Positions 44,100-55,708 of a stretch of DNA of 64,000 nucleotides are shown piece after piece; position 1 is the stretch's first letter; each line of letters opens with the position of its first letter. The notes below the pieces were generated by a model that saw only the letters and a list, made by a program, of their open reading frames with translations, was not told where the DNA came from and made no database searches. This DNA comes from Macrostomum lignano (taxonomy: Eukaryota). The DNA is taken from positions 62,001-126,000 of the forward strand of contig NIVC01002670.1 of the NCBI GenBank assembly GCA_002269645.1, read 5' to 3'. Made by a program: the position numbers and the translations under genes.

Positions 44100-44690
44100 G
44101 GATATTCTTAGGATTATCCACCGGATTTCTATGGGATTTATCATATGGATTAATGTGGGATTATCGGACAGATTTTTATGGGATTTATCATATGGATTAT
44201 TGTGGGATTATCAGACGGATTTCTGTGGAATTTATATGGATTATTGCAGGATTATTGGACGGATTTCTGTGGGAGTTATCATATGGATTAACGTGGGATT
44301 ATCTGATGGCTTTCTGTGGGAATTATCTTATGGATTAATGTGAGATTATCGGACGGATTTCTGTAAGATTTATCATATGGATTATTGCAGGATTATGACG
44401 GATTTCTTCTGTGGGATTTATCGTATGGATTATTGCAGGATTATCTGACAGATTTCTGTGGGAGTTATCATATGGATTAATGTGGGATTATCTGACAGAT
44501 TTCTGTGGGAGTTATCATATGGATTAATGTGGGATTATCGGACGGATTTCTGTGGGATTTATTATATGGATTAATGTGGGATTATCGGACGGATTTCTAT
44601 GGGATTTATCATATGGATTAATGTGGGATTTATTATATGGATTAATGTGGGATTATCGAATGATTTGGCTTAACTTCTGTAGGGATTATC
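44100..44690. repeat. Intergenic about 47-bp degenerate tandem repeat
   Basis: gggattatcggacggatttctgtgggatttatcatatggattaatgt units. Confidence 0.9.
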
Positions 44691-44889
44691 TCACCTATTT
44701 TGCGGGAGTTAAAGTAGACAAGGAACACCGAAAACTGGCTAAAATTTAAAGAAGCAAAGACAAACAAAGATGATCAAGTCAATTATTAAATATTAATTAT
44801 TATTATTGTACACTGCATAATATCCCGCAGACACTAATATAAAAGCAGTAGCAATGAAAACAGTGCGCAGAATGCAATATTGAGAATTC

Positions 44890-47800
44890 TCAGGACATCA
44901 TCCAGGTGGCGGTGCTAACCAGCATCAGATTACTTGGGGGCGTGCCGCTAGCCGGCGCCAGAGCCACTACGCTGTCGTTAAGCACGTCGACTACAACGCA
45001 GAATCCGTAGACAGGATAGTCGGCCAGCTGGTCGGACGAGGTCGCCTGGCTGACGCCCAGCAGCGCGTGCAGCAGGCTGCGATCCGGCAGCACCCGGACA
45101 GCGCGGCGCCAGTGCTCCTCCCGTTCGGACTTCTCGTGGCCAAGCGGCAGCAGCGACGAAGGCAGCGCCTGCACGCCCAGCCTATAGAATTGAAACGCGC
45201 TAGTTGGCATGCTAATTCGGTGCGGACTGAGGCTCAGCAGCGGCCCTTTAAAGTATTCCGTCACTTTTCTGTCGCGCAATTCCTGTCGAATCTCCTGGCC
45301 GCGGTCGGCTACGCCGCGCGACTTTGGCAGGGTGACAATTTTGACAAAGCTGGGCAAATCTCGCTTTAGATCGTTGTACAGCCGCTCCGACTCGATCACG
45401 AATATTAGATCCACCTGAGGGATAATGCGAGCAGTTCTGATTGGAGTGCTACCCCGGCCCTCCTAACATTTATTCAGAGTGCTAATCCCTCAGGCACTCA
45501 TTGGGAGTGCTAGTCCCTCAGTCACCCATTGGGAGTGCTAATTCCTCAGGCACTCATTGGGAGTGCTAGTCCCTCAGTCACCCATTGGGAGTGCTAATTC
45601 CTCAGGCACTCATTGGGAGTGCTAGTCCCTCAGTCACCCATTGGGAGTGCTAATCCCTCAGTCACACATTGGGAGTGCTAGTCCCTCAGTCACCCTTTGG
45701 GAGTGCTAATCCCTCAGTCACACATTGGGAGTGCTAATCCCTCAGTCACCCATTGGGAGTGCTAATCCCTCAGTCACACATTGGGAGCGCTAATCCCTCA
45801 GTCACACATTGGGAATGCTAATCCCTCAGTCACCCATTAGGAGTGCTACCCTCTCCGTTTAGATAGTCGTTAGAGGCTTGAACAAACCTCAAAAGCGCTG
45901 GCGCACTGTTTAATAGCATCGTATCCTTCGAGTTTAATCCAGCCGCATGTGTTTATTACCAAGCCGGCATAATTAGCATCCTGGTCGTATTCGCAGCGCT
46001 TATTAACGTACTCGGCTAGCCGGTTCATCATATAAAAGTACAAATTAATATTAGCCTGCGGATTCGTGTGGCCAAATTGGAATAGCACCGGGGCTTGCTC
46101 AGTCTCAAGGCCCTCCTCGATGTCGAACGGCTTGCGCACTGGCACGGCGCCCATTGTACCGGGCACGCTGATCTGCGACTGGCCGACGTCGACGTCAACG
46201 TAGATTGGCTTGGACTTCTCTCTGGATGGGCAACGGCGATTAGGAGAGGGATCTTCCGGATTGTTGCAGGTCTGGCCAATTCTTTATCCTCGAGTTGCAC
46301 CATTTTTATGTCAATCTTTTCATTTATCGTGTCTATCTATTCGATTATTTGTCTGCTGTCTACCTCTCTGTCTATCAGTCTACTATGCCTACCTCTCTAT
46401 GCCTCTCAGTCTACTGTGTCTACCTCTTTATGCCTCTCAGTCTACTATGCCTACCTCTCTATGCCTCTCAGTCTACTATGCCTATCTCTCTATGCCTCTC
46501 AGTCTACTGTGTCTACCTCTCTATGCCTCTCAGTCTACTGTGTCTACCTCTCTATGCCTCTCAGTCTACTGTGTCTACCTCTCTATGCCTCTCAGTCTAC
46601 TATGCCTACCTCTCTATGCCTCTCAGTCTACTATGCCTATCTCTCTATGCCTCTCAGTCTACTGTGTCTACCTCTCTATGTCTCTCAGTCTACTATGCCT
46701 ACCTCTCTATGCCTCTCAGTCTACTGTGTCTACCTCTCTATGCCTCTCAGTCTACTGTGTCTACCTCTCTATGCCTCTCAGTCTACTATGCCTACCTCTC
46801 TATGCCTCTCAGTCTACTATGCCTACCTCTCTATGCCTCTCAGTCTACTATGCCTATCTCTCTATGCCTCTCAGTCTACTGTGTCTACCTCTCTATGCCT
46901 CTCAGTCTGCTGTGTCTACCTCTCTATGCCTCTCAGTCTGCTGTGTCTACCTCTCTATGCCTCTCAGTCTGCTGTGTCTACCTCTCTATGCCTCTCAGTC
47001 TGCTGTGTCTACCTCTCTATGCCTCTCAGTCTGCTGTGTCTACCTCTCTATGCCTCTCAGTCTACTGTGTCTACCTCTCTATGCCTCTCAGTCTACTATG
47101 CCTACCTCTCTATGCCTCTCAGTCTACTATGCCTATCTCTCTATGCCTCTCAGTCTACTGTGTCTACCTCTCTATGCCTCTCAGTCTACTATGCCTACCT
47201 CTCTATGCCTCTCAGTCTACTATGCCTATCTCTCTATGCCTCTCAGTCTACTGTGTCTACCTCTCTATGCCTCTCAGTCTGCTGTGTCTACCTCTCTATG
47301 CCTCTCAGTCTGCTGTGTCTACCTTCACTGCAGACTGCAGGCCTAATTTTTACTGATTACTTAGACTTAGACCCGAAGAAGAATCCTAATAATCATAAAA
47401 TTATTGATAGTTTATCCACAGTAAAATTCAGGATGCCAAAATAAAATTTGATGTCATGATATGAACCTACACGGCAACAAGAAATAGAAGCACTACCTAG
47501 TAGCCCAGGACACCAATTGTCGACAAAGCGACGTCTTGCCGGCATCCTTCGGGCCGCAGACGAGAACCCGCGGCCCGCGCCGTCTCGCCTCTTGTGCCTG
47601 ACGGCGCAGCTGCTGCAGGGCGGCGTGACAGTTGACGTACACGGTGACAGCGTGGGTGTCCTTAGAAGTATAACGGGATTCCGTCTCGCCCCAGACCTTC
47701 AGTTCGCAGCCGCTGAAGGTGAACACGGCCGCCTTGGACCCGGCGGGGAAATGGTAGCGCCTCTGGCGCACAAGCTCGGTGCCGAACACTTCGGCTTTGC

Positions 47801-47945
47801 CTTCGATCAGCTTCACCCAGAAGCTGGACGTGCTGAGCGCTTCGAAACGGAGCTCGCAGAAATCGTCCAGCTGGACGGTCTGGCCGCCCTCCGGCTCGGG
47901 CTCGACTTCAGGGACCTCCTCTGCGTCGGCGGCCGTGTCAGTCAT
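44890..47945 (-). CDS. CLP1: Polyribonucleotide 5'-hydroxyl kinase Clp1 (3 exons: 47945-47497, 46221-45888, 45414-44890)
   Basis: ELRFE...GKAEVFGTEL, P-loop GPKDAGKTS, DVDVGQSQISVPGTMGA, VINTCGW and PVYGFCVV. Splice phases are consistent. Confidence 0.95.
45440..45850. repeat. Intronic 28-bp tandem repeat
   Basis: ttgggagtgctaatccctcagtcacaca units. Confidence 0.9.
46365..47325. repeat. Intronic 31-bp tandem repeat
   Basis: ctctctatgcctctcagtctactgtgtctac units. Confidence 0.95.
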
Positions 47946-48289
47946 TGTTAACTTGCATAATAACAATGATAAGTCACGCTGATTGTTCACATAAGTAATT
48001 GCTGTAGATTAGGTATATTAGCCTGAATTCGCATTGTCTGGCTTCATTTTCAACATTCAGTCTTCTATTCAGCAAAATTTGGTTAACTTCAAATTTGCCA
48101 ATAGCAGAAATCCAAATATCAGATTAATAAACTCATGGCTGACTCATGGAAAAATTCCTTTCAATTTAGCAACTTAATTCTGATTCTTTGATATTTATAT
48201 TATTCAAGCAACTTATCTTTTGTCAAGCTCACTGAACTAAGACCCTAAGCTAATACTTGTGAAAAGCATTTGGTTTCTAAAAAAACATA

Positions 48290-48900
48290 ATCAGAGAGTG
48301 AAATCTATTCTGGCTCATTGTGTTGTCTGTTTAAGGTGCAAGAATGGCCCCTATTCTATGAAGCTCATTGGTCCTTCTATGCTAGACTTCCACCTAAGAT
48401 TTGGTCCATTCTAGACTATTAGACTAGACTACAGTGGTCCAATATACGAGCATACTATTAGATAGGGAGGTATATAAAGCATTGTCATATTCACATGTTC
48501 TGCTATACAAATAGTCTACCTTGAGCTAGTCAATGGCATGACTGCTACTCAATTCATCAACGGCTTGCAAAATTTTGTATCAAGACATAGAGTAACATAG
48601 CTAAATAGGGCCTAGCAACAATTCTAAGACCCCCAAATAAGCAGCTTGCATTTTTGAGGCCAGCACTAGTTTCTAGGTGGAATCATTTAACTTATAAAAG
48701 AGGAGTTACATATAAATTCATTTCCAAGAGAGCTCCATGGTGGAGGCTTTTTGGAATATACATCTTGATGATCAGCATTATAAAGGCCTGTCTGAAGAAA
48801 AGCATGGGCAAGAGACTTCTAAAATTTGATCAGCTACTTACAACCATCATAGAGATTGAAGCTATTGTTTATAGTCACCTACTAATGCATATCTATAGAT
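48290..48900 (+). mobile_element. Degenerate BEL/Pao LTR-retrotransposon integrase fragment
   Basis: Translated remnants ...VYLELVNGMTATQFINGLQNFVSR, KFISKRAPWW and IKACLKKSMGKRLLKFDQLLTTIIEIEAIV match the BEL/Pao integrase pattern (HLELV, PERAPWWGG, EVEAIVNSRPL). Stops and frameshifts are present. Confidence 0.75.
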
Positions 48901-49550
48901 GATGAGAATTGTTGGCACCATTTCTTATATTGCTTATTGCAAGTCTTGAGTCTTATCTTATTTCTTATAATCTAAAATTTCAAATTTTAGCTTTGTAATA
49001 TTATACTTGGGTTAGGATAAGTATAAGTATCTCTTATATGACTATAAGACACATGCAATAGAAAATTGAGAAAAGCCTATCTTATCATTACTGAAATGTC
49101 CAAAAATATTACTGAGTTACTTTTAACTATTATCTATTCAATTTTTATTACTAAATAGTCTTAGATTTGTTAGTTTTATTATATATCAAGAAAATTTTAT
49201 TTCTCAATTTGATAAATTTATTGATAAGATTCAAATCATTCTTATACCTTTAATACCTATTTTTCCTTATCTCAAACTAATGATAACTTTAAGTTGTATA
49301 AGAAGTATTGTTTGGAAGATTAGATAAGGTATACACCAATCAAAATTGGTATACAAAGTAGATTTAAGGATGGTTTTGATATATATAAGTAGACTTGAAG
49401 ATTGACCAACATTGCTAATATGCAAATTGGCATATATTAATTTTAGACACACTTTACCACATGGTATAATATATATTTATGTAATGTTACAAATTTATTT
49501 TTTTGTTTGTTAATTTTTTTCTTATGGTTAAAAAATACTTGTTAATATAT

Positions 49551-49818
49551 CATACATGCGCAACCCCCCTGATTTACACTGGCCATGCGACTTACTTTTT
49601 GACCAAAAATGTGACCTACCTGGGAAAAAAACCCTAGAGCAACATTAACTCAATTTTGGGTAAACGGCAGGAGTAACTATGACTGTCTTATAAGGGCTAA
49701 ATGCCTCCTCATCTAATTAGTGCTATATCTGTATTCTTTGGGGTGGGCATTTTTGTGACTTACCCCTGGTCCACCACGATTTATAGTAGCCAGATCGGCC
49801 AGCAGTTGCGCATGTATG
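49551..49818 (+). mobile_element. hAT-like MITE (268 bp) carrying a 28S rRNA fragment, copy A
   Basis: 14-bp TIR CATACATGCGCAAC...GTTGCGCATGTATG. 8-bp TSD TAATATAT at 49543-49550 and 49819-49826. 28S-like segment at 49658-49722. Confidence 0.85.
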
Positions 49819-50475
49819 TAATATATTAATATAAAAATTCTAACCTCTTAATACTAAAACTGGTGCGATGTTTGTCTGTATGTATGTTGTAACTGAACTC
49901 CTACAATTTATTATATAAAAATAGAGTTCCACTATAGCTATAGATATATATGGGAAGTTATAGATACATTGCTTTTGGCTTCCAAGTTACAGATATAGAT
50001 ATAGTTATAGGAATAGGAATTTTACCAGATTTTTGCCACATCTTATATAAACCTTTTTTTAACTGACAAAAATTTTGGTACATTTACATGCATCTTTGTT
50101 TAATTAGCTATATCATACCTTGAAAATATCTAGAATTAATGTTATGATGCAAATATGCTTATAAGTTCAATATTACAATAATAATTGTTTGAAACACAAC
50201 TTGTCAACAAATGTATTGTACTATATATTCATAATAAAATGTCAAATATGAGTGTATATATGTATAAGAGCGTATTAAGATAGCTTTTTTTAATTATTGT
50301 GAATGGACATTGAATTGTATATATACATATATATATACGAGGCCAACTCCTCCGTTGGCGGAGTAAGGGGATAGAACTCCCATCGGCTGAAATCCATCAG
50401 CTGAATCCAATGACACGAATCCCATCGTCCAAATCCTCTCCAAATCCTCTATTAACCCCCCAAAAATCATGTTGT

Positions 50476-52130
50476 TTTACCTGTTTGCAAAAATTGACTG
50501 CCTGCCATTGTCCAGATTGAGACTCTCGTCTGTCCCTCTCTCCTCTTTGCTCTCTCATCTCTAATCTCTCCTATCTCCTCTCTGCTCTCATCTGCTCGTT
50601 TATCAATCATTTCTCATCTCATCTCATATCTCTCATCTCTACTCTCTTATCTCTCCTTTCTGCACTCTCATATCTACTCTCTTCTTTCTCCTCACTACTT
50701 TCTCCTCTACTTTTTCCTCTCTTCTCTTTTATCTCTTCACTCTCCTCTCCTTTATCTCCTCTCTGATCTCTCATCTTTCTACTTTCTCCCCTCTCCTCTC
50801 TCCCTTATCCTCTCGCTTCTCTCTCCTCTCTCTCCCCTCATCTTTACTCTTTTATCTCTTCTCTCTCGTCTTTTGGCTCTACTCCCTCCTGTCTCCTCTT
50901 TCTCCTCTCTTGTCCCCTCTCCTCTCTCCTCTCAATTCCCTCATCTCTTCTCTCGCCTTTATTCTCTTTTTCTTTTCTCTAAGCTGTCCCTTTTGATTCT
51001 CTCTTTTTATGTTCTCTTTCATCTAATATTTTATCCACTCTTTCCTTTTCTCTTTTCTCTATTCCCTTTCATTTAGCCATTTCATCCTCTCTATGAAACA
51101 GATATAATCAAAATCCTCTCCATTAAACTGCAATCCAGCGTGTATCATCTCCTTCAAGCTACAATCCATCAATTAAAAGAATATTATCTCTATCAAATTT
51201 CAGTCACTCAAGACTATGAAACTGAAGTCTATAAAATATGCTTTTTACTTGTCTGGGTATACGTCAAAAAATTTAAAAAATCCTCCATAAAACCTCTGAA
51301 ATATCATAGCATGTTTTCCCTGTTTGCAAAAATTGACTGCCATCGTCCAGTCTGAGACTCTCCTGTCTCCTCTCTCCTCTTTGCTCCTTTATCTAATCTC
51401 TTCTCTCTGCTCTCATCTCCTCTCTCATCTCTACTCTTACTTTCTTATCAATCACCTCCCATCTCTCATCTCTCCTCTCTGCGCTCTTATCTCTTTTTTC
51501 TTATCTCTATTCTCTCATCTTTCCCCTTTGCTCTCTCATTTCTTTTCTCATCTCTCTCCTGAGTCCTCTCTCTCTTCTCTTCTCGCTTCTCTCTCTCCCG
51601 TCTTCTCTCCTGTCTTCTCTCAATTCTCTCTTATCTCTCCTCTTCTCTTCCATCTCTCATCTCTACTCGCTTATCTATCGCCTCTCCTCTACCCTGCCCT
51701 CTCTCTCTCTTCTCTTTTCTCTCTTGTCTCTTCTCTCTGCTCTCATTTCTCATACTCCTATTTTCTCTCTTACCCTCTCCTTTTTCATCTCTCATCTTTC
51801 CCCTCTCCTCTCTACCGTCTCCTGTCTCATCTCTCTTCTCTCTTCTCTCTCCTCTGTACTCTCTTATCCCTCTCTCCTCCCATCTTTCCTCCCTCCTTTG
51901 CTCTCTCATTTTTCCTCTCTCCCCTCCTTTCTTCCCTCTACATTCTCTTCTCTTCGCTCTCCCTCTTCATCATTCCCGCCTCACTCCCCTCTTCTCTCCC
52001 CTCTGTCGTCGACTCGTCTTTAATCTCACAGCTCTCATATCTACTGTCTTTTCTATCATCTTTCTATCCTCTCTTCTCCTTGAAATCTTTTCTCTCTACT
52101 CTCTTATCTGACGGACTGAAAGCGCCGATA
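50476..52130. repeat. Two degenerate direct copies of an about 840-bp unit with a CT-rich low-complexity body
   Basis: The shared head ctgtttgcaaaaattgactgcc...gtccag..tgagactctc occurs at about 50480 and about 51318, each followed by a long C/T tract. Confidence 0.7.
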
Positions 52131-53266
52131 ATCAAACCAATTGAAATTTATCACCCGCCTCCTCCATTACTGAAATTACTCAAATGATAGCTGGCTTGAA
52201 TTTGTGTACGCAACCTTCCCCCCCAACTACAATCTTGGCAGAAAGTTTAAAAGTATGGAAATCGTTTTTTCAATGCTGTGCTTTTTGTTTTCATATTTAA
52301 AACAAATAACTTATAACCCCAAACTCAGCGTTGCAAGATCTTTCCAGCAATACAAATTCTCTCCTCTCAAAGCTTAAAACTCAAGGAACAGTTAGCGTTT
52401 GAACTTCCCGCTCGCAAGTTTATTCATTGAATTTAGCTGCCCAGCTAATACACAGCCTTTTGAAAGACGCCGATAATAAAACCAATTGAATCTCGACACA
52501 GTCCTTATCTATCTGTTTACACAGTACATTGCTATGTACACTCAGCCCAAACCAACCCCCCATTCCGGGGGAATCATTAAATTTTACTGCACCCCCAACA
52601 CGCAAGGGTTTTATTAGCATTGAACCCAGAACACGCGTCACCCACCCCTCCAAAACACAGCGACCCGCGGGAGGAGGTTGGGGTGGTTGTTTTTACAATT
52701 ATGCCACTACCCCTCCACTGGAGAGGCAATGTGGCCAAAGAAGGTTAAGAAAACAGTTTTCTGCTTTTTTAACTGACTTAATTTTGGAAATTTCAACATT
52801 AAAATAGCCTATTTGTTGCGTAGGAAAATTCTGCATTGATATATATAAGTCCCGCATTTGAGTTGCCAGCCGTCTAGGAGGAGATACGCGTTAAACCCGG
52901 CCGGTCGATCGATCCACTCAGCTTTAGATATAAGATATATATATTGTAGATTATAGCTATATAATATATGTAGGTAGATGCTTGCATAACTTAAATACAT
53001 AATGGAAAAATATGTTTGAAGACACTGCATGGGATTGAGACATGCATGTCCCTGGTAAATATTAATTCCTTATATAAATTAGAGATTCAGATGTTTCAAA
53101 GACAAATATATCCAAACATATATAGTAACCTAGCTATGTGCCATAGTTTGGAAGGCAACATGTAGGCTTCTATGCTGGGATTTCCTGGTATATAACAAGG
53201 GTCTTACCATTTTGCAGTATACATTAGGATATATCTTGGCATATATGACACATACATTATGTCAAA

Positions 53267-53438
53267 CATGCTTGGGCGCAACCTAGGGATTCACACAGCT
53301 GTTTCTATTGGCAACACACACATGTAAGTTGCTATTGGACGGAATAGTAGTCACGTGACTGCTCTTAGCCAATAGCAACTTACATGTATGTGTTGCCAAT
53401 AGAAATGGCCAAGTGATTCCCAAGGTTGCGCATGTATG
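53267..53438. mobile_element. Palindromic MITE sharing the CATACATGCGCAAC terminus
   Basis: The right end GTTGCGCATGTATG is intact and the left end is degenerate. TSD ATGTCAAA at 53259-53266 and 53439-53446. Internal inverted arms. Confidence 0.7.
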
Positions 53439-53637
53439 ATGTCAAATGACAATTTTTTTATATTGGCCCCAGCATATATGAGGTCTTGTCATTTATTCTG
53501 GCATTAAAACTGGCATATACTAATATATGATCCAAACTATATGCTATATGTACTACCCCAACCTTTTCACCTTTGCATCCATGGTGGCTACCAATGGCTA
53601 TAAGACTAATTCCTTTAAGACTTATAAGCATCTAGCT

Positions 53638-53872
53638 CATACATGGGCAACAGTTGGCCAAGTCAGCCGATCTGGCTGACCAATTAAGTAGCTGACAAGG
53701 CATTTTGACTTAATAAGACAGTTATAGTTACTCCTGCTGTTTACCCAGAGTTGCGTTAATTTTGCATTAGGGTTTTTTACATGTAAGTCGCATTTTTGGC
53801 CAAAAACTACATTGCATTTTTGTTAAAACTAAGTTGCATGGCCAACCAAATTTTGGAGGTTGCGCATGTATG
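53638..53872 (-). mobile_element. hAT-like MITE (235 bp) carrying a 28S rRNA fragment, copy B
   Basis: Same TIRs as copy A. 8-bp TSD ATCTAGCT at 53630-53637 and 53873-53880. 28S-like segment at about 53692-53746 on the minus strand. Confidence 0.85.
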
Positions 53873-55193
53873 ATCTAGCTCTATTATTGACTCCCTATAT
53901 ATAGCTCTATTATTGACTCCCTATATACTAGCTAGCCATCATGTATATTTTTATGTATATGAACCTATATTGTGACCCTTTACTTTATTGATATATAAAC
54001 AACTACATGTACATATTGCTACAATTTACTAAAAACTGTTTACTTTTATAATTGTTTACTTTTTACAAGCTATTGACACTTTTGGATGCTTTGAAAGATA
54101 ATCCTCTAGTATAATAATATAATAGGCATGATTGCTCTCACTGAAATTATCCCACTGCTGCAACCAGCTATTGTCAAAGGGGTGTTCCTCTGTCTTTATG
54201 AATGATCCCACTAGTTAGCCACCAGCTATTGTAGGAGTACTTTTCTAATTCCTATTATTAAGTTACTAAGTTGTGCTAGTATTAAACTTCTATCGATCTA
54301 CTTAATGTACCTTTGCATGTACATACTATTATCACTGGTAGCATCTACTTATCTACTTCTATTGGTAACATTCACTTATATTGGTAGCGTCTACTTATCT
54401 ACTTCTGTACTTTTAGCCTGAGTGGTCTATTGGCAACTGTCGAATTCTTAGTCTCTCAGTCCTGGCATTCCCAGGATCAGAGGGTCATAGCTTTATGTGG
54501 TTTTCCCCACCCTGAGGCAATCTTCTCTTGCTATGAAGCAGTCCTCCTACCCTGAGGCAAATTTACAATTACTGCCCTAAGGCAATTTCTTGCTTTTAGT
54601 GGTCTCGAACTCTCCCAATATGGGGGTTTTTACTTATAGAAATGAATAAGTCACTTGAACAATTTTCTTATCAAGTCTTAGCTATTGAAAGCTTTGCTGC
54701 GAGAGCACACAAACGAGTAAGTCTTCCTGGCCCACTCAGGGCTTCTATTTATACTAAGATTCGGTACAATTTTTACCAAAACTTAATTGCGAGAATAAGT
54801 TGTATTTTCGTTGTATTTTCAATTATTGTTTTTTTACAACTCACAACATTTAAACAAAATAATCATATTTTTGTGCAAATTTGAATAAGGTTTTTTGTTT
54901 TCTAAGAAACAAAATATAGAAATGAAAAGTTTTTTTTAAACATTTATATTGCATTACAAAAGCCCTTCCTCAATAAGAAACTAAAAATCTCTAAGAAGCT
55001 GCATATCACAATAGTAAATGTAGCAACTTATCTGCAAATCTATGGATATGAATACTGATATAGATAAGGCTAAAAGAACTTTTTGTAGATACAAATATTG
55101 TATTGTATTGTAGAGGCAGTTGAATAAATCAAGACTAAAATCCAAGGGTTTCAGCAAAAATTGAATATTATTTACTAAATCTGATAAATATAT

Positions 55194-55708
55194 GGCAGTT
55201 GTTATTTGTCCAGTGACTAGATGAATAGTGATGTGGTTATTTGTCCAGTTACTAGACCTATAGATTTGTCCAATTAAATTGCTAATATAAGTATTGATTT
55301 GTTTAGTGATGAATATTTTGAAATTTTTAGGACCTTTCTTATAGTCATATCTTGATTAATATTTTGTTATATATTAATGCAAGCAAAGCAGATATATATA
55401 ATGTGTAAGCAATTTGGAATAATTTGGTAATATAAGACATACACTAGTAGGCCTAGGCCTGGGCCTATAAAAACATAATAGGCCTAATCAAGATACGAGT
55501 AAAAAGTCTGAAGTCCAGAAATATTCATCCTTGTAGTTTCTGTAAAATAGATAAAATAGATAACCGGACAAATAACAAAATGCCTATTTGTCTAGCTACT
55601 CTAACATTAACTGGATGAATAGGAAAACATGGCTAGGCCCTATTATCTAGTAACCAGACAAATAACCACATTGCTATTTGTTTGGTCACAGGACAAATAA
55701 CAACTGCC
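55194..55708. mobile_element. Old MITE with about 70-bp imperfect TIRs
   Basis: ggcagttgttatttgtcc...gtggttatttgtccagttactag at the left, reverse complement at about 55643-55708. TA-rich flanks make the TSD ambiguous. Confidence 0.6.

Noticed and set aside
46095-47444. 350-450 aa hydrophobic ORFs on +
   Set aside because: Translation of the 31-bp repeat within a CLP1 intron.
49658-49722. Possible rRNA gene
   Set aside because: Only about 65 bp of diverged 28S sequence inside a MITE, with no surrounding rDNA.
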